A stretch of 64,000 bases of DNA from Clarias gariepinus (lineage: Eukaryota). The translations under genes were made by a program, and so were the position numbers. The stretch is taken from assembly GCF_024256425.1 (NCBI RefSeq), contig NC_071110.1:2188274-2252273 (forward strand), in the 5' to 3' direction. The stretch's first letter is position 1. Every line of letters begins with the position of its first letter. Shown here in pieces: positions 26,489-38,676 of this stretch. The notes beneath the pieces are model-generated. The model was not told where the DNA came from and searched no databases. It was given only the letters and a program-made list of their open reading frames with translations.

Positions 26489-27029
26489 GTGAGTTCTGTT
26501 CAGGTTATAGTTTATAGAAGAAATATAACACATTTAAACTGTATTTCAAAACATGATATTTATTGTAAACATATTGTGCATATACAGTGCAAATCCAAAA
26601 GTTTTAAGTGTTTGTGCATTTTTTGAGTTTTTGAGTTTTGAGTTGCCATTGTTAAGAGAATTGGGGAAAACCTGGCAACTTTTTCCACAAGTTTTTATGA
26701 GCACAAGCTTTAGCACAAGCCTAGTCAATGTTCTGAAAACATTGTTCTAAAACAACAAAATCATTTAAAACAAACAAAACAGCAAAAACAATACTGTACT
26801 GCATATTTTTTAAATCTTTATTTGTTTTTTTCATGCCGTATTATTGTCCTAACTGTTGGATATAAGTGAAATATATATTCAATAACACAATTCTACTTTC
26901 AACATGTCTCTTCTTAATTTTTATATTTTTAGTCGAACTTTTGTAGAAACTGAATCTGATCCTAAAACACTGACACTGCATGGCTTTAGTAAACAGATCC
27001 TTAGGTAACATCACATTTTTCTGCAAAGT

Positions 27030-27342
27030 GTAAGGGTTAACCCCTAGAGGGCGCCAAAGCGCCCAAAGTTTGGTTTTCGTTGTGTTGATTTTGTTGTAGT
27101 TTTGTTTAGTTTGGACTTCATGTCCCAGACTGCACCTTGGTCAGGTGACATAAGGATTCACCTGAACCGAGGTAAGCTAATTAGGTTTATTATAAATAGC
27201 CTGACTGGAGCACAGTCAGGCGTCTAGCTTTAGTTGTTATTTATATGATTTATGTCGGTGTTTATTTATGTGTTTATTTAAAATAAAAACCTTTATTGAA
27301 ACGCCAGCTCGCCTCCTGCAATTATGCCACCCAAACACAGTT
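27030..27342 (-). mobile_element. Solo LTR (reverse orientation) of the small LTR family seen at 36552..38563
   Basis: It is the reverse complement of LTR 36552-36878, from ggttaaccc.ttaca to gccagctcgcctcctgca.ttatgccac. It abuts a 5'-truncated LINE that begins at about 27342. Confidence 0.65.
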
Positions 27343-29450
27343 AGGGATTATAAAACACCAACATCCGGTATGACGAACGCGGACGCGACTCTGGCAGATG
27401 AGCTGAACACTTTCTATGCTCGTTTCGAGGCTGCAGCTAAAGACGCTAGCGATGCTAAGGCTAGCCGCGCTAACGGCTACAGACAGGAAGACACTGCCAG
27501 CACCGGAAACGCGTTCATTATCACTGAACATGACGTGAAGAGAGCCTTCAAGAGAGTGAACACCAGACGAGGCAGCAGGACCAGCAGGACCAGACGCAAA
27601 CCAGCTAGCACCTGTGTTCACTGAGATATTCAACATCTCTTTTATCTCAGTCGGTGATCCCCCCTTGCTTCAAAAAGTCCATCATTGTTCCTGTCCCGAA
27701 GAAACCTCAACCTGCTTCTCTCAATGACTACCGCCCTGTAGCCCTCACCTCAGTAGTGATGAAGTGCTTTGAATGCCTGGTCAGAGACTTCATCATTACT
27801 TCACTACCGGACACACTGGACCCACTACAGTTCGCTTACCGTCAAAATCGTTCACAGACGATGCCATCTCTTATCTACTCCACACATCACTTACTCACTT
27901 GGACTCTAGAAGGGGGAATTATGTTAAAATGCTCTTCATCGACTACAGCTCTGCATTCAATACAATTCCCTCCACACTCACCACCAAGCTGGAGCACCTG
28001 GGACTCAGCTCATCTATGTGTCAGTGGATCTCCAACTTCCTAACTGGCAGACCACAGGCAGTAAGGATGGGCGGACATGTCTTAGCCTCCATCACTCTCA
28101 GCAATGGAGAGGTGTGTTCTGAGCCCCCTGCTGTACTCTTTGTACACATATGACTGTGTGGCCACTACCAGCTCCACCACCATCATTAAGTTTGCTGACG
28201 ACACCGTTGTGGTGGGCTTGATCTCTGATAACAACAAGACAGCCTACCTGAAGGAGATTAGGAATCTGAAGAACTGGTGCCAGAGGAACAACCTCCTTCT
28301 AAACGTCAGTAAGACAAAGGAGTTGATAGTGGACTTTAGCACTAAGCAGGAGAGGAACTACCAGACCCCCGTCATCAACGAGAGCCCAGTGGAGAGAGTG
28401 GACAGCTTCAAATACCTTGGTGTTCACATCACGCAGGACCTGTCATGGTCCTGTCACATCAACACCGTGGTGAAAAAGGCCCGACAGCGTCTCTACCACT
28501 TCAGACGCTTGAAAGACTTCCGACTGCCCACCAAGGTGCTCAGAAACTTTTACTCCTGCACCATAGAGAGCATCCTGACAGGAAACATCTCAACCTGGTT
28601 CAGGAACAGCACCATGCAGGACAGACGAGCTCTACAAAGGGTGGTGCGATCAACTGAGCGCATCATCCGCACCGAGCTCCCTGACCTGCACTCAATCTAC
28701 AGCAGGCGGTGCTGGACCAAGGCCAGGAAGATTGTGAAGGACCTCAGCCATCCCAACAATGGACTGTTCTCTGTTGATGTCAGGAAAGCGATTCCGCTCC
28801 CTGAAGGCCAACACAGAGAGACTGAGGAGAAGCTTCTTCTCACAGGCGATACGGTCTCTTAATCACACCACCACACAGTACTGACCCACACACATGGTTT
28901 TTACACACACACTGGACATTCTGGACATTCGTTTACACTAGTGGCCACTGCACAATTACACCTGGTGGTCATCATATCACTCTGTCACAAGTCACAGTGA
29001 TTAAATAAATCACTTTTGAAGCATATTTTGCACTGCACTAGACACTTTAAATATGTGGATTGCACAAACGTTGGACATTACCATTCTTTCATTACTATTT
29101 ATTTTAACACCATTCCACACAAAAATTACATAAATATATACCTACCCGTTCAGCTGCTCTTATTGTTTTATATTTCTTCATACATTCTTCAAATATTTTC
29201 TATATTGTGTATTTTTGTCATACAGTTATTAATTTTTTTTAACTTTATTTTTTATATTTTATTTTATTCTTTCCTAGTTTTATTTTATTTTTTATATTTA
29301 TTTCCTATTACTATTCATAGTCTTCTATTTTAGGTCACAAGCAGTTGTCTAAGCATTTCACTGCATATCGTACGTTATATCGTGTATGACTGTGTATGTG
29401 ACAAATAAAATTTGAATTTAAATTGAATTTGAATTTGAAAGGTTCGAATC
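27342..29450 (+). mobile_element. CR1/L2-clade (Rex/Babar-like) LINE, 5'-truncated, with RT and 3'UTR
   Basis: The RT ORFs 27654..28862 read PVPKKPQPASLNDYRPVALTSVVMKCFE...FAYRQNRS...LFIDYSSAFNTI...KFADDTVVVGLI...C-term LPEGQHRETEEKLL. The region before it (TSGMTNADATLADELNTFYARFE) matches the LINE at 63114. The 3'UTR ends ...gtgacaaataaaatttgaatttaaattgaatttgaatttgaaa. Confidence 0.75.
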
Positions 29451-30304
29451 TTGTCTCTGGGCTGCATGCATGGCATCTAAAAGTTCTTCCAATGCTTGTT
29501 GAGTTTTCTCCAGGAAACATGCAGATTGGTGTTTCCAAACTTTATGTACAGTATTATAGACGAAGTAATCTGATTGGACGAAATTAATTGCACGAGTGGT
29601 TATAATAGACGATAACAGCACTGAGACATTTAACTCTATGTATCATTTTACGTCACATGTGTTTTATAATCATTAATTACACGTTGGTTGCAGCATTTGT
29701 AAAAGTGGGTCTGTATGGTCGACAGTACTGAGGAGAAAGCAGCTGCCTGCCAAAATCATTCACGGACACACTTTCGGACTACACTCAGGCCTGAAGAGAT
29801 CTCATAAACACACATGAGGCAATGTTCAGGAGATATTAAAAAATTCAATGCACAGACAGGTGTATATATAGAGCAGTACAAACAAGTATGTGTGTCACAC
29901 TGTTTCTGGGCAGATAATACAATCATGTATACAGGTTACCAGAAAAAAATACAGACATGATATTTGCGTATATTCGCAGAACTAATATATTATTGTCCTG
30001 TCACACCCTGTACAGAACCTTCGTTACCATATAAGGGAGAAGATCAGAGTTTGCAGAAGTATGTTCAAGGTGCATGGGTGCATTCGAAGAATTCGAAGAC
30101 ATCTTAACATGGCACAACTATAACTTCCGGCACAAGTGCATGATTACATGAGTCTCAGCATAGTTTATAACTTCAGTCATAACACTATTGCACACACATG
30201 AGCATAGACATTATGGATCATCATTGGAAATGCTACTTATATTCTCTATATTTCCAACATAATGTAATGGTATTTTAAACAACACTTTGTCTCCTTAATA
30301 ATTG

Positions 30305-32022
30305 TGTAGCGAATAACAGGGCTTTCATAGAGAGAACAGTCAATGGATCACATTCCTGAACCCCCTCTGTAAAATGACAAAACTCCACAAGGCCAGATGC
30401 TTTAAAGTAAACCCCCGAAACCGAGGGTGTAAATCGGCGATCCGGTGAACAAAGAAAACAGTTTTACAGCTTCACCCCAAGCACGGGGGGGAGAACTCAT
30501 CACACCTGGACACTCTCTCGACCTCCGGAAGACATGTCTTTCCATGAACAAAGGCATACGGCATGGACACTATTTCGAACATCTTTAAAGTGTGCCAGTA
30601 GTTCAAAACGTATTCACATATAATTACTCAGTTCCTTTTATTCCTGTGTATACTGTATGTTTGATTATTTTGCATAACTTTAAGGGTGTAATCAGCAGTT
30701 ACAAACCCTTTTATTAGATAAAGGAAGGAATGAGGGGGTAAGATATGTAATGTTTGGTGTCAATCTCAAGCTGGCTTTATTCCAAGAATGTTGGTGAACA
30801 CGAGAAATTGGTAGCATGAACCGAGCTCATACAAAATTACTTTTTATAAAGTATTAAAAACTCCAACTGGATGGGTCACACGTGACAGCCGAAACACCGA
30901 GCTAATTTATGCACAACAGGAGGAACCACGTGAGGCATGGCTAAGCCCCGCAACCACATCCGATTGGACCAATCACCCGTGGGACAGACTGATCCCGAAG
31001 GGGCAAAAACCCTAAGGAAGTCTACAGAAAACGTAAAGTGGAGTCGAGAAGTTAACATCACAATTGCAACCTACAACATCTTCCAAGCAGCTTGGGCTTC
31101 TGTCCTTGCGGCGGTATGGCGCCGCTGCTGGCGTCATCCGCTCTTCAAGAACTCTCAACGAGACTTCGTGCTAGAACTCCAAAGTACCGCACGAAGGAAA
31201 CCTCAGGAGTAGTTCCAGAGCGCAGCCATCGGTAACCAGGCAAACAACGCCTTACCGAAGGGCTTTCCCCACAGACGTCATCTTTACAACAGCGCAGCAA
31301 CCAATCAGCAACGCCGTGATTCCCTTCACTGGGGGCGAACCAACGGATGAAAATGAAACATAACGCAAGTAAACAAACAAAGCTGCATACCTTGCTGAAG
31401 TTGGTGTTCGTTTCATAACTAAACCAGAAGATTAAACCCAAGACTCTGCTCTTGTGACTTTCGTTGATCTAGTAAACAGTACTAGAATAACTTCATTTTA
31501 TTTCCAAACTGTTTGTGTGTATGTGTGTGTGTGCGTGCGTTCAAGTAGTGTAGTTTCATGTATCGTAGACTAGTCAAATAAATTCTTGTTTCGTTATAAA
31601 GTACTCTTGTCTTGGTCATGTATTTTAAAGTCTAAACATTTGCCCAGATCGTGTTACCTTGCTCATAATTGCTAAATACTAGATTTTGTGTTAAAGCCGT
31701 TGGCCATGTAACCAGAACTGGTAAGATACACTAAATTGTGCTAAACACTGGATGGGTGTCGATAAAGTGTACATTATAAATTTTGATTTAGTTAATCAAA
31801 TTAACCCGAAACGTTTAAGATTCGATACAACTCTGACCCAGAGCTAAACATTACTTATTAATAGTGAAGGATGCGTTGGCATTGTGTCCACATTAAAATG
31901 TCTACATTTATCGGTAAACACTGCAAACGTCATTCATTGTCTTTATTATGTAAGCCCCACATGTTAATGATTAAGAATGCCGGCAGCCATTCATTGTCAT
32001 TATTACGTTAAAACCCTACAAT
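30305..32022 (+). mobile_element. Solo LTR (diverged) of the large LTR family at 50287..58750, flanked by a 5-bp duplication AATTG
   Basis: It is homologous along its whole length to 50287-52256 and 56807-58750. For example, ORF 30937..31212 reads MAKPRNHIRLDQSPVGQTDPEGAKTLRKST, against MAKPCNHIRLDESPVGRTDPQGTKTLRKST in the other copies. It begins TGTAGCG and ends ...AAAACCCTAC. The sequence aattg is found at 30300-30304 and again at 32023-32027. Confidence 0.7.
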
Positions 32023-32812
32023 TGCTTCTAAGTTATTCTGAATTGCATCAGAATCATACATGTTGTTCTGTTCATTAGCTAAACAGCTAAGTAACTTAAG
32101 ACTAACATAAGACTGAATACCAAATCTCTCTAACTCCTGATAAAGCACTACTTGGTATGTAGAACAAGGGAGTGTGCATCTTACACAGTGCTTTAGCTTT
32201 TCTGTTAATGCAATTTGGGAGTCACCCCCAACCTGAAAATTAGCTGATATTTTAAAGAGGAATCCATAGAAATATTAAGTAAATTTCTTAAAGGGGGCTG
32301 AATAAAAATGCATGCTGCACTTTTCACATTTTTATTTGTAAATTTGTTTTTTAACTATTTATTTTTCCACTTCACAATTAGTTGCCATTTTTATTGCCAC
32401 ATTTATGTTGGTCTATTACATGAAATCCTAATAAAATTCATTTACAGTATGTTTTTGGTTGTAATGTGACAAAATGTAGTCACATTACACTGTATGTAGT
32501 AATCCCTGTGGGTCCCTAGCTGTTGGTCGCCATTCCTGCCAGTTGCGGTTAGTTAGTTTAGCCAGTGCAGGAGGATATGTGCTGGTGGAGCAAAATAATT
32601 GGTTAAATATACAATAAATACAAACAAAAATACAAACAAATCGGGCTTTCATTCCTACGACCGCACCACAGCCATGTTCAGTACATTAGCACAACCTCAA
32701 GTGTAATATTGCTTAATTGTGTAGTTGCATATTGTCTCAAGTTATTTTGTGACCATCTAGGTTCAGTATTGGAGCAGACTGTATGTTTACTAGTGATTTT
32801 TTGTCCCTGCAG

Positions 32813-32959
32813 TTTTAATTCAAAGTGCGGTTCCTCCAGATTTTTGGATAGTGTGGAGCAAATCGACAAACTGTACAAGATTGCTCCTCCAACAGGTTCA
32901 GCTGCAAACCCAGAGAGAAGCAGCAACATCATGCCCCTGCCTGCGGTCCCCAAACTCAG
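32813..32959 (+). CDS. NWD1/NWD2-family gene, exon containing a possible start codon (ATG at 32931: [10 protein letters not shown]...)
   Basis: It is flanked by the acceptor ccctgcag and the donor AG|gtacct. It stays in frame with the next exon across a phase-1 junction (AG|G -> R). Confidence 0.45.
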
Positions 32960-33230
32960 GTACCTCCATACACAACCTAATTATAAATATTTAAACACGT
33001 GCTCTGTTCTGTAAAGAAAACATTAAACAATTTTATATTTCTAAGAAACTGTATGAAAGCACTGGAGTGATGAATTATGTTTTTTTATCTGGTAATATTT
33101 AATTTTTTATTCAGTTTTAACCCCTTTTTTTTTTTAGATAATGAGATTAAGAGATTTTCCAAGTGGCATTTTTTATTTAAAAAAAAATTGAAACATTACC
33201 ACATTCACATCTTACCCTTCTTGTTGACAG

Positions 33231-33522
33231 GTGGTGCAGCATATGCGTCTTTGTCTCATCTACGTTCAGAGACATGCACGGTGAGAGAGACATCCTGGTC
33301 CACAGTGTTTTCCCAGAAATACGAAAACGAGTGGCTCCCTTCTGCCTCTACCTGCAGGAAGTGGACCTGCGCTGGGGCATCACCGAGAAGGAGTCAGCAC
33401 GCATCACTGAGATCTGCCTGCAGGAAGTTTGTCGCTCCCATGTGTTGCTGGGAATTCTGGGAGAGAGATATGGCTGGGTGCCGCCTCGCCCCCCGCTGCC
33501 TGACATGCCTCAGTACAGCTGG
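33231..33522 (+). CDS. NWD1/NWD2-family gene, DUF4062 exon
   Basis: The acceptor is ttgttgacag and the donor is TGG|gtaaga. It translates to [97 protein letters not shown]. This matches the conserved N-terminus of the NWD proteins; compare human NWD2 VRVFISANPEDTGAERQALRENVYPKLREFC...EFQVIDLYWGV...CFVGLLGEKYG and NWD1 FEVVDLRWGI...ALIGDQYGP. Confidence 0.8.
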
Positions 33523-34407
33523 GTAAGAACTCAAAGGGAAAGTGATAATTAATTATGTAATGATTTAATACTTTATTACTGTAGGCTTGTATGGTCACAA
33601 AGTTACATTTATTCATTTTGTATTTTTTTTATACTTTACTGCCAGAATGGAAGGTAACTGAGTAAATTTACTTACTTTCTGTACGTAAGTACTTATTTTA
33701 TGTATCTGTACTTTACTTGGCTCAGTGCGCATGTGTCGCTCTTATAGTCAACATCCATGAGCATGTGTACTGTTTACTAAAACACTGTGACCACATGTGT
33801 GCGCGTAAAGTGTCTTTTATTTTGTGTTTGTATGTGTTTGTGTAGAATGACTTTCACACACACAAACACACATAAGTTTACTGAATAGAGGCTCAACTGT
33901 GTGCTTCTGTGAGTGTAAGTCTCTATTTGGTAAAAAAAAAAAAGAAGAATTAAAGAATTCTTTGTCCCCTTTTGTCTGCAAGCTATGTGTGTCCATGTGT
34001 GCACAGGTGCTTTATCAGTAAACTGGTGTGTATGCGCAGACGTGTTTGTGTACTGTAAGTTAACCTACACAGCAGCCCCCTCCCTCCACTCCTTTCTTTA
34101 TTCTCAATCACTACAACTATGCAGTCATTTTTTAAAATAAATTACCGTTATTATGAGAAGTACATTTTTTCTGTGTCGATACCTAAAACATTATATACAG
34201 CAAAATGTATTTTTTACTCAGCACTGAATACCATCATTCAGATAAACATATTAAATACGAATACAAAAAATGAGTATAGGTTTTTATTTTGTACACTTTT
34301 GTAAGCTTTTTTGTGATCTTCATTAATGCCCAAAGCACAGCGAAAGTGATTATACAGAAATTAAGTTTTTCTAATACTGTAAATTTTTATTTTTATTACT
34401 GTATACA

Positions 34408-35357
34408 GTAGGGCTGCAACAACTAATCGATAAAGACAATAAAAATCGATGACTAAAAGCGTTGACAAAGAATTTCATAATCGATTAGTTGTGTCGCGCG
34501 ACGCGGCAAAATTTGATTATTAAAAAAAACTTTAGTCAAAGCGCGGAGCGTAATGAACACACTTTGTCTCGTGCCCTGATACTAACAGAGTTCAGCGCCT
34601 CATAGACAGAGCAGAGCAAAAATAAAAGAAAAAAGAAAACGAGGGGAGGCAGAGGAAAGATACATGGCAGAGTCTGCTGGGTCTTAGTGCTCGTCTCTTA
34701 CTCGTATAGTCAACATCCGTGCACGCGTGTACTGTTTACTATAACACTGTGACTACTTGTGTGTGCGCGAAAAACATATTTTATTTTGTGCCTGTATGCG
34801 TGTGTGTACAGTGCGCGTGTAAAGTCTCATTAGAGAAGTTTTCTCTCTGCAAGGTTTAGGCTGTTCTTTGCCTGCTGTGTGTGTGTGTGTGTGTGTGTGT
34901 GGACACCATGTCACACACAGACACATAGACCCCTCCTACTTTCACCTTCACAGACACACTCTTTCTCCCTGCTCTACACAGAAACACTGATTCTTTTCAC
35001 TGATTCGTTAGTGTGTTTTAAACAATTAAATTTGGTTTACGAGTGTTTTGGAATACGAGCTGCTTCCAGGAAGAATTATGCTCATAATCAAAGGTTCCAC
35101 TGTATATATTTGGCAGATGTAAAGCATACATGTCTATGTTTTTTTCGTTAGTCCATTTGTATTTTATTTTATTAATATTGTAACAGCTCAAGGAGCAACA
35201 TGTTTGTGCTCTTTCTAAAGATTAGTTCTGTTTTTGAATAAAGGATTGGAAATGAATGCTTATCTTGTTTCTTTTGGTTTTATCTGTTTAACCGATGAAA
35301 CGAAAAAATAATCGACAGATTAATCGATTAATAAAATAATTGTTACTTGCAGCCCTA
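34408..35357. mobile_element. hAT-type non-autonomous element (MITE-like, about 950 bp)
   Basis: The terminal inverted repeats are TAGGGCTGCAAcaactaatcgat ... atcgattaataa..TTGCAGCCCTA (hAT YARNG-type terminus). The left 8-mer gtatacag (34400-34407) is repeated at 35358-35365, though that copy overlaps the start of the adjacent Tc1. Confidence 0.6.
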
Positions 35358-35362
35358 GTATA

Positions 35363-36526
35363 CAGTGGGGTAAAAAAAGTATTTAGTAAGCCACCAATTG
35401 TGCAAGTTCTCCCACTTAAAAAGATAAAAGAGGCCTATAATTTTCATTATAGGTATACCTCAACTACAAAATAAGAAAAGAATTTCCAGAAAATCACATT
35501 GTAAGACTTTTAAAGAATTTATTCGCAAATTATGGTGGAAAATAAGTATTTGGTCAAAAACAAAATTTCATTTCAATACTTTGTTATACACCCAAACATT
35601 TTCTGTAAGTCTTCACATGGTTTTCACATACTGTTGCTGGTATTTTGGCCCATTCCTCCATGCAGATCACCTCTAGAGCAGTGATGTTTTGAGAATGTTG
35701 CTGGGAAACACGGACTTTCAACTTCCTCCAAAGATTTTCTATTGGGTTGAGATCTGGAGACTGGCTAGGCCACTCCAGGAACTTGAAATGCTTCTTATAA
35801 AGACACTTTTTATAAAGTACTCCTGGACAGGTACTGGCTTAAGCAGGGGGACAGGTCTGGCACTGCAGGATTTGAGTCACTGGCGGTGCAGTGTGTTACT
35901 GATGGGAGACTTTGTTACCTTAGTCCAGCTCACTGCAGGTCATTTACTAGGTCCCCCCGTGTGGTTCTGGGATTTTTCCTCACAGTTCTTGTGATCAGTT
36001 TAAACCCAACGGTGAGAGCTTGCGTAGAGCCCCAGATCGAGGGAGATTATCAGTGGTCTTGTATGTCTTTCATTTTCTATCAATTGCTCCTACAGTTGAT
36101 TTCTTCACACCGAGCTGCTTATCTATTGCAGATTCAGTTTTTGCACCCTGGTGCAAGTCTACAATTTTGTGTCCTTTGACAGCTCTTTGGTCTTGGCCAT
36201 AGTGGAGTTTGGAGTGTGACTGTTTGAGGTTGTGGACAGGTGTCTTTTATACTAATAGTGAGTTTAAACAGATGCCATTAATACAGGTAATGAATGGAGG
36301 ACAGAGGTGACAAAATACTTATTTTACTGAAGAATTTACCAAATAATAAATTAAAAATCCTACAATGTGATTTTCTGGATTTTATTTCCTTATTTTGTCT
36401 CTCATAGTTGAGGTATACAGGTATACATATACCTACTATATGATGAAAATTACAGGACTCTCTCATCCTTTTAAGTAGGAGAACTTGCAGAATTGATCGC
36501 TGACTAAATGCTATTTTGGCCCACTG
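35363..36526. mobile_element. Tc1-like DNA transposon with about 200-bp terminal inverted repeats, internally deleted (non-autonomous)
   Basis: It starts CAGTGGGGtaaaaaaagtatttagtaagccaccaattgtgcaagttctcccacttaaaaag, and its reverse complement is at 36320-36526. It is flanked by TA dinucleotides (35361-62, 36527-28). The internal ORFs do not encode an intact transposase. Confidence 0.75.
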
Positions 36527-36551
36527 TAATAAAAGAAAATGTTAAAGATAT

Positions 36552-38563
36552 TGTCACGATTCTTCCGTTGGTGTCTGTGTGTGCGTGGCATAATGTGCAG
36601 GAGGCGAGCTGGCGGTTTAGTATTCGGCTTTTATTAAATAAACACATAAAATAAACACCAACCTAAATCAACTCAAAGGACAACAAAAGCTAGACGCCTG
36701 ACTGTGCTCCAGTCAGGCTCTTTATAATCAACTTAATTATCTTACCTCGGTTCAGGTGAATTCCCACGTCACCTGACCGAGGTGCAGTCTGGGACACGCA
36801 GTCCAACTTAAACACAAACTATAACAAAAAACAAACAAACCCAGGCGCTTTGGCGCCCTCTAGGGGTTAACCATTACAGTACCCCCCCCCTAAAAAACGC
36901 TCCTCCGGAGCGTTACCGGAGGACCCGGACTCCCTCCCCAGCGGTCCCAGTTTGGACTCCCAACACCGAGACGGCTGAGGAGCTGGAGCGACGCTCGGCG
37001 GCGGCTGAGGAGCTGGAGCGACGCTCGGCGGCGGCTGAGGAGCTGGAGCGACGCTCGGCGGCGGCTGAGGAGCTGGAGCGACGCTCGGCGGCGGCTGAGG
37101 AGCTGGAGCGACGCTCGGCGGCGGTGGCTGAGGAGCTGGAGCGACGCTCGCTGAGCTGGGCGGCGCCGGCGGCGGAGCTGGAGCGACGCTCGCTGAGCTG
37201 GGCGGCGGCGGTGGCGGAGCTGGAGCGACGCTCGCTGAGTTGGGCGGCGGCGGCGGAGCTGGAGCGACGCTCGCTGAGCTGGGCTGCGGCGGCGGCGCTG
37301 AAGCGACGCTCGCTGAGCTGGGTGGCGGCGGCGGCGCTGGAGCGACGCTCGTTGAGCTGGGCGGCGGCGGCGGCGCGATGTCCTCAAAGCCGGGAGGCGG
37401 AGGAAGCAGCAGGCCAGCCTGGAAGCCCGGCTGAGGAGCCGGAGCGTCGTTCGCTGTGTCCCTCGGCGGCTGCTAAGCTGGCGCGATGTCCTCAAAGCCG
37501 GAAGGCGGAGGAAGCAGCAGGCCGTCCTCGAAGCCCGGCTGAGGCGCTGGCTCGATGTTCGTGCAGCTTGGAGGCGGCAGATCGGCAGTGCCGCACACGA
37601 CGCTTGGCGGCTGTGGAACGGGAGCGACGTCCCCCATGTCTGGCAGAGGCGGCGGCGGTGGAGTAAACGTGACTGGCAGCCGCGGCACGTAGACCTCCGC
37701 GTTGACTACAGGTGGGAGCGGGAGGAGGAGTGCGTCGTCCAGATTAGAGAGAGGGAGAGTATCCGGAGCTACATCGCGGTTCTCTCAAACCTGGACGAGC
37801 AGCCTTTGGAGTAGCGCCACCTGCTCCCGCAGGTCGGAAATGCGCTCTCTGTTTAGCTGTGCCAACAACGTGTAGTCCTCCTCCGTTAGATCCACGTCAC
37901 CGTCCTGCCAGGCCTCCTCGGCCCGTGCCTCTTGGATGGTGGTTTGGACCGTGTATCTCCCCGCTGCCTCACCCTTAAACGCCGTCCGCCGAATGGCGAG
38001 TCTGCAGCCTTCCCAGCTGTGCCGCGCTCTTATCTCTCGCTGCTCTTCGCTGTTTTCCAGCCAGTCCGCCGGTTCGATCAGCTTGCAGCCTTCCCAGCTC
38101 TGCAGGAGCTCTCTCTCCCCTTGCTCCTCGCTGTCCTCCAGCCATTCCGCCAGCTCGGGCGAGATGGTGATAGCGCCCCCCCAAAAAACGTCTGGGGGAG
38201 CGACCTCCGCTATGCCACTTCGACGGTCTAGCTTTCTGTCACGATTCTTCCGTTGGTGTCTGTGTGTGCGTGGCATAATGTGCAGGAGGCGAGCTGGCGG
38301 TTTAGTATTCAGCTTTTATTAAATAAACACATAAAATAAACACCAACCTAAATCAACTCAAAGGACAACAAAAGCTAGATGCCTGACTGTGCTCCAGTCA
38401 GGCTCTTTATAATCAACTTAATTATCTTACCTCGGTTCAGGTGAATTCCCACGTCACCTGACCGAGGTGCAGTCTGGGACACGCAGTCCAACTTAAACAC
38501 AAACTATAACAAAAAACAAACAAACCCAGGCGCTTTGGCGCCCTCTAGGGGTTAACCGTTACA
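36552..38563 (-). mobile_element. Compact LTR element (2.0 kb): 327-bp LTRs (TG...CA), 5-bp duplication GATAT, G-rich PPT-like run, internal minisatellite and two ORFs I do not recognise
   Basis: Direct repeats 36552-36878 and 38236-38563 are over 95% identical and run from tgtcacgattcttccg to ggttaacc.ttaca. The pentamer gatat sits at 36547-51 and again at 38564-68. On the minus strand a G9 run lies 3 nt from the LTR at 36879-36895. ORF 37785..38276(-) is 163 aa with an internal duplication (AEWLEDSEEQGERELLQSWEGCKL / ADWLENSEEQREIRARHSWEGCRL). ORF 36890..37495(-) runs over a 30/39-bp minisatellite. Confidence 0.75.
36955..37380. repeat. GC-rich minisatellite (about 30-bp unit x5, then about 39-bp unit x6) inside the compact LTR element
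   Basis: gcggctgaggagctggagcgacgctcggcg repeated five times, followed by g(t/c)ggcggagctggagcgacgctcgctgagctgggcggcg-type units. This produces long artefactual ORFs on both strands. Confidence 0.85.
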
Positions 38564-38676
38564 GATATTTATAGTTCCAGGGATTTTAATGAGTTTATTA
38601 TTTTTGAAGGTACATTACAGTTTTCTGTGACATTGTTAAATATTAATAGCTTTATAATTGTGTGTGTGTGTGTCAG

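Noticed and set aside
29016-29333. 105-aa ORF of I/L/F/Y-rich low-complexity sequence
   Set aside because: It lies in the AT-rich 3'UTR of the Rex/CR1-like LINE. It is a composition artefact.
32813-33522. Possibility that the DUF4062 ORF is part of a prokaryote-style antiviral STAND/defence island (DUF4062 also occurs in bacterial defence NTPases)
   Set aside because: The coding sequence is split by canonical GT-AG introns with consistent phases, and the surrounding sequence is vertebrate-type repeat-rich DNA. This is a eukaryotic NWD-family gene, not a prokaryotic system.
36890-37666. Long ORFs on both strands (201 aa rich in Arg/Gln/Ala; 180 aa rich in Ala/Glu/Leu) and several overlapping ORFs 37240-37688
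   Set aside because: They run over the GC-rich 30/39-bp minisatellite. Repetitive open frames on both strands are a compositional artefact.
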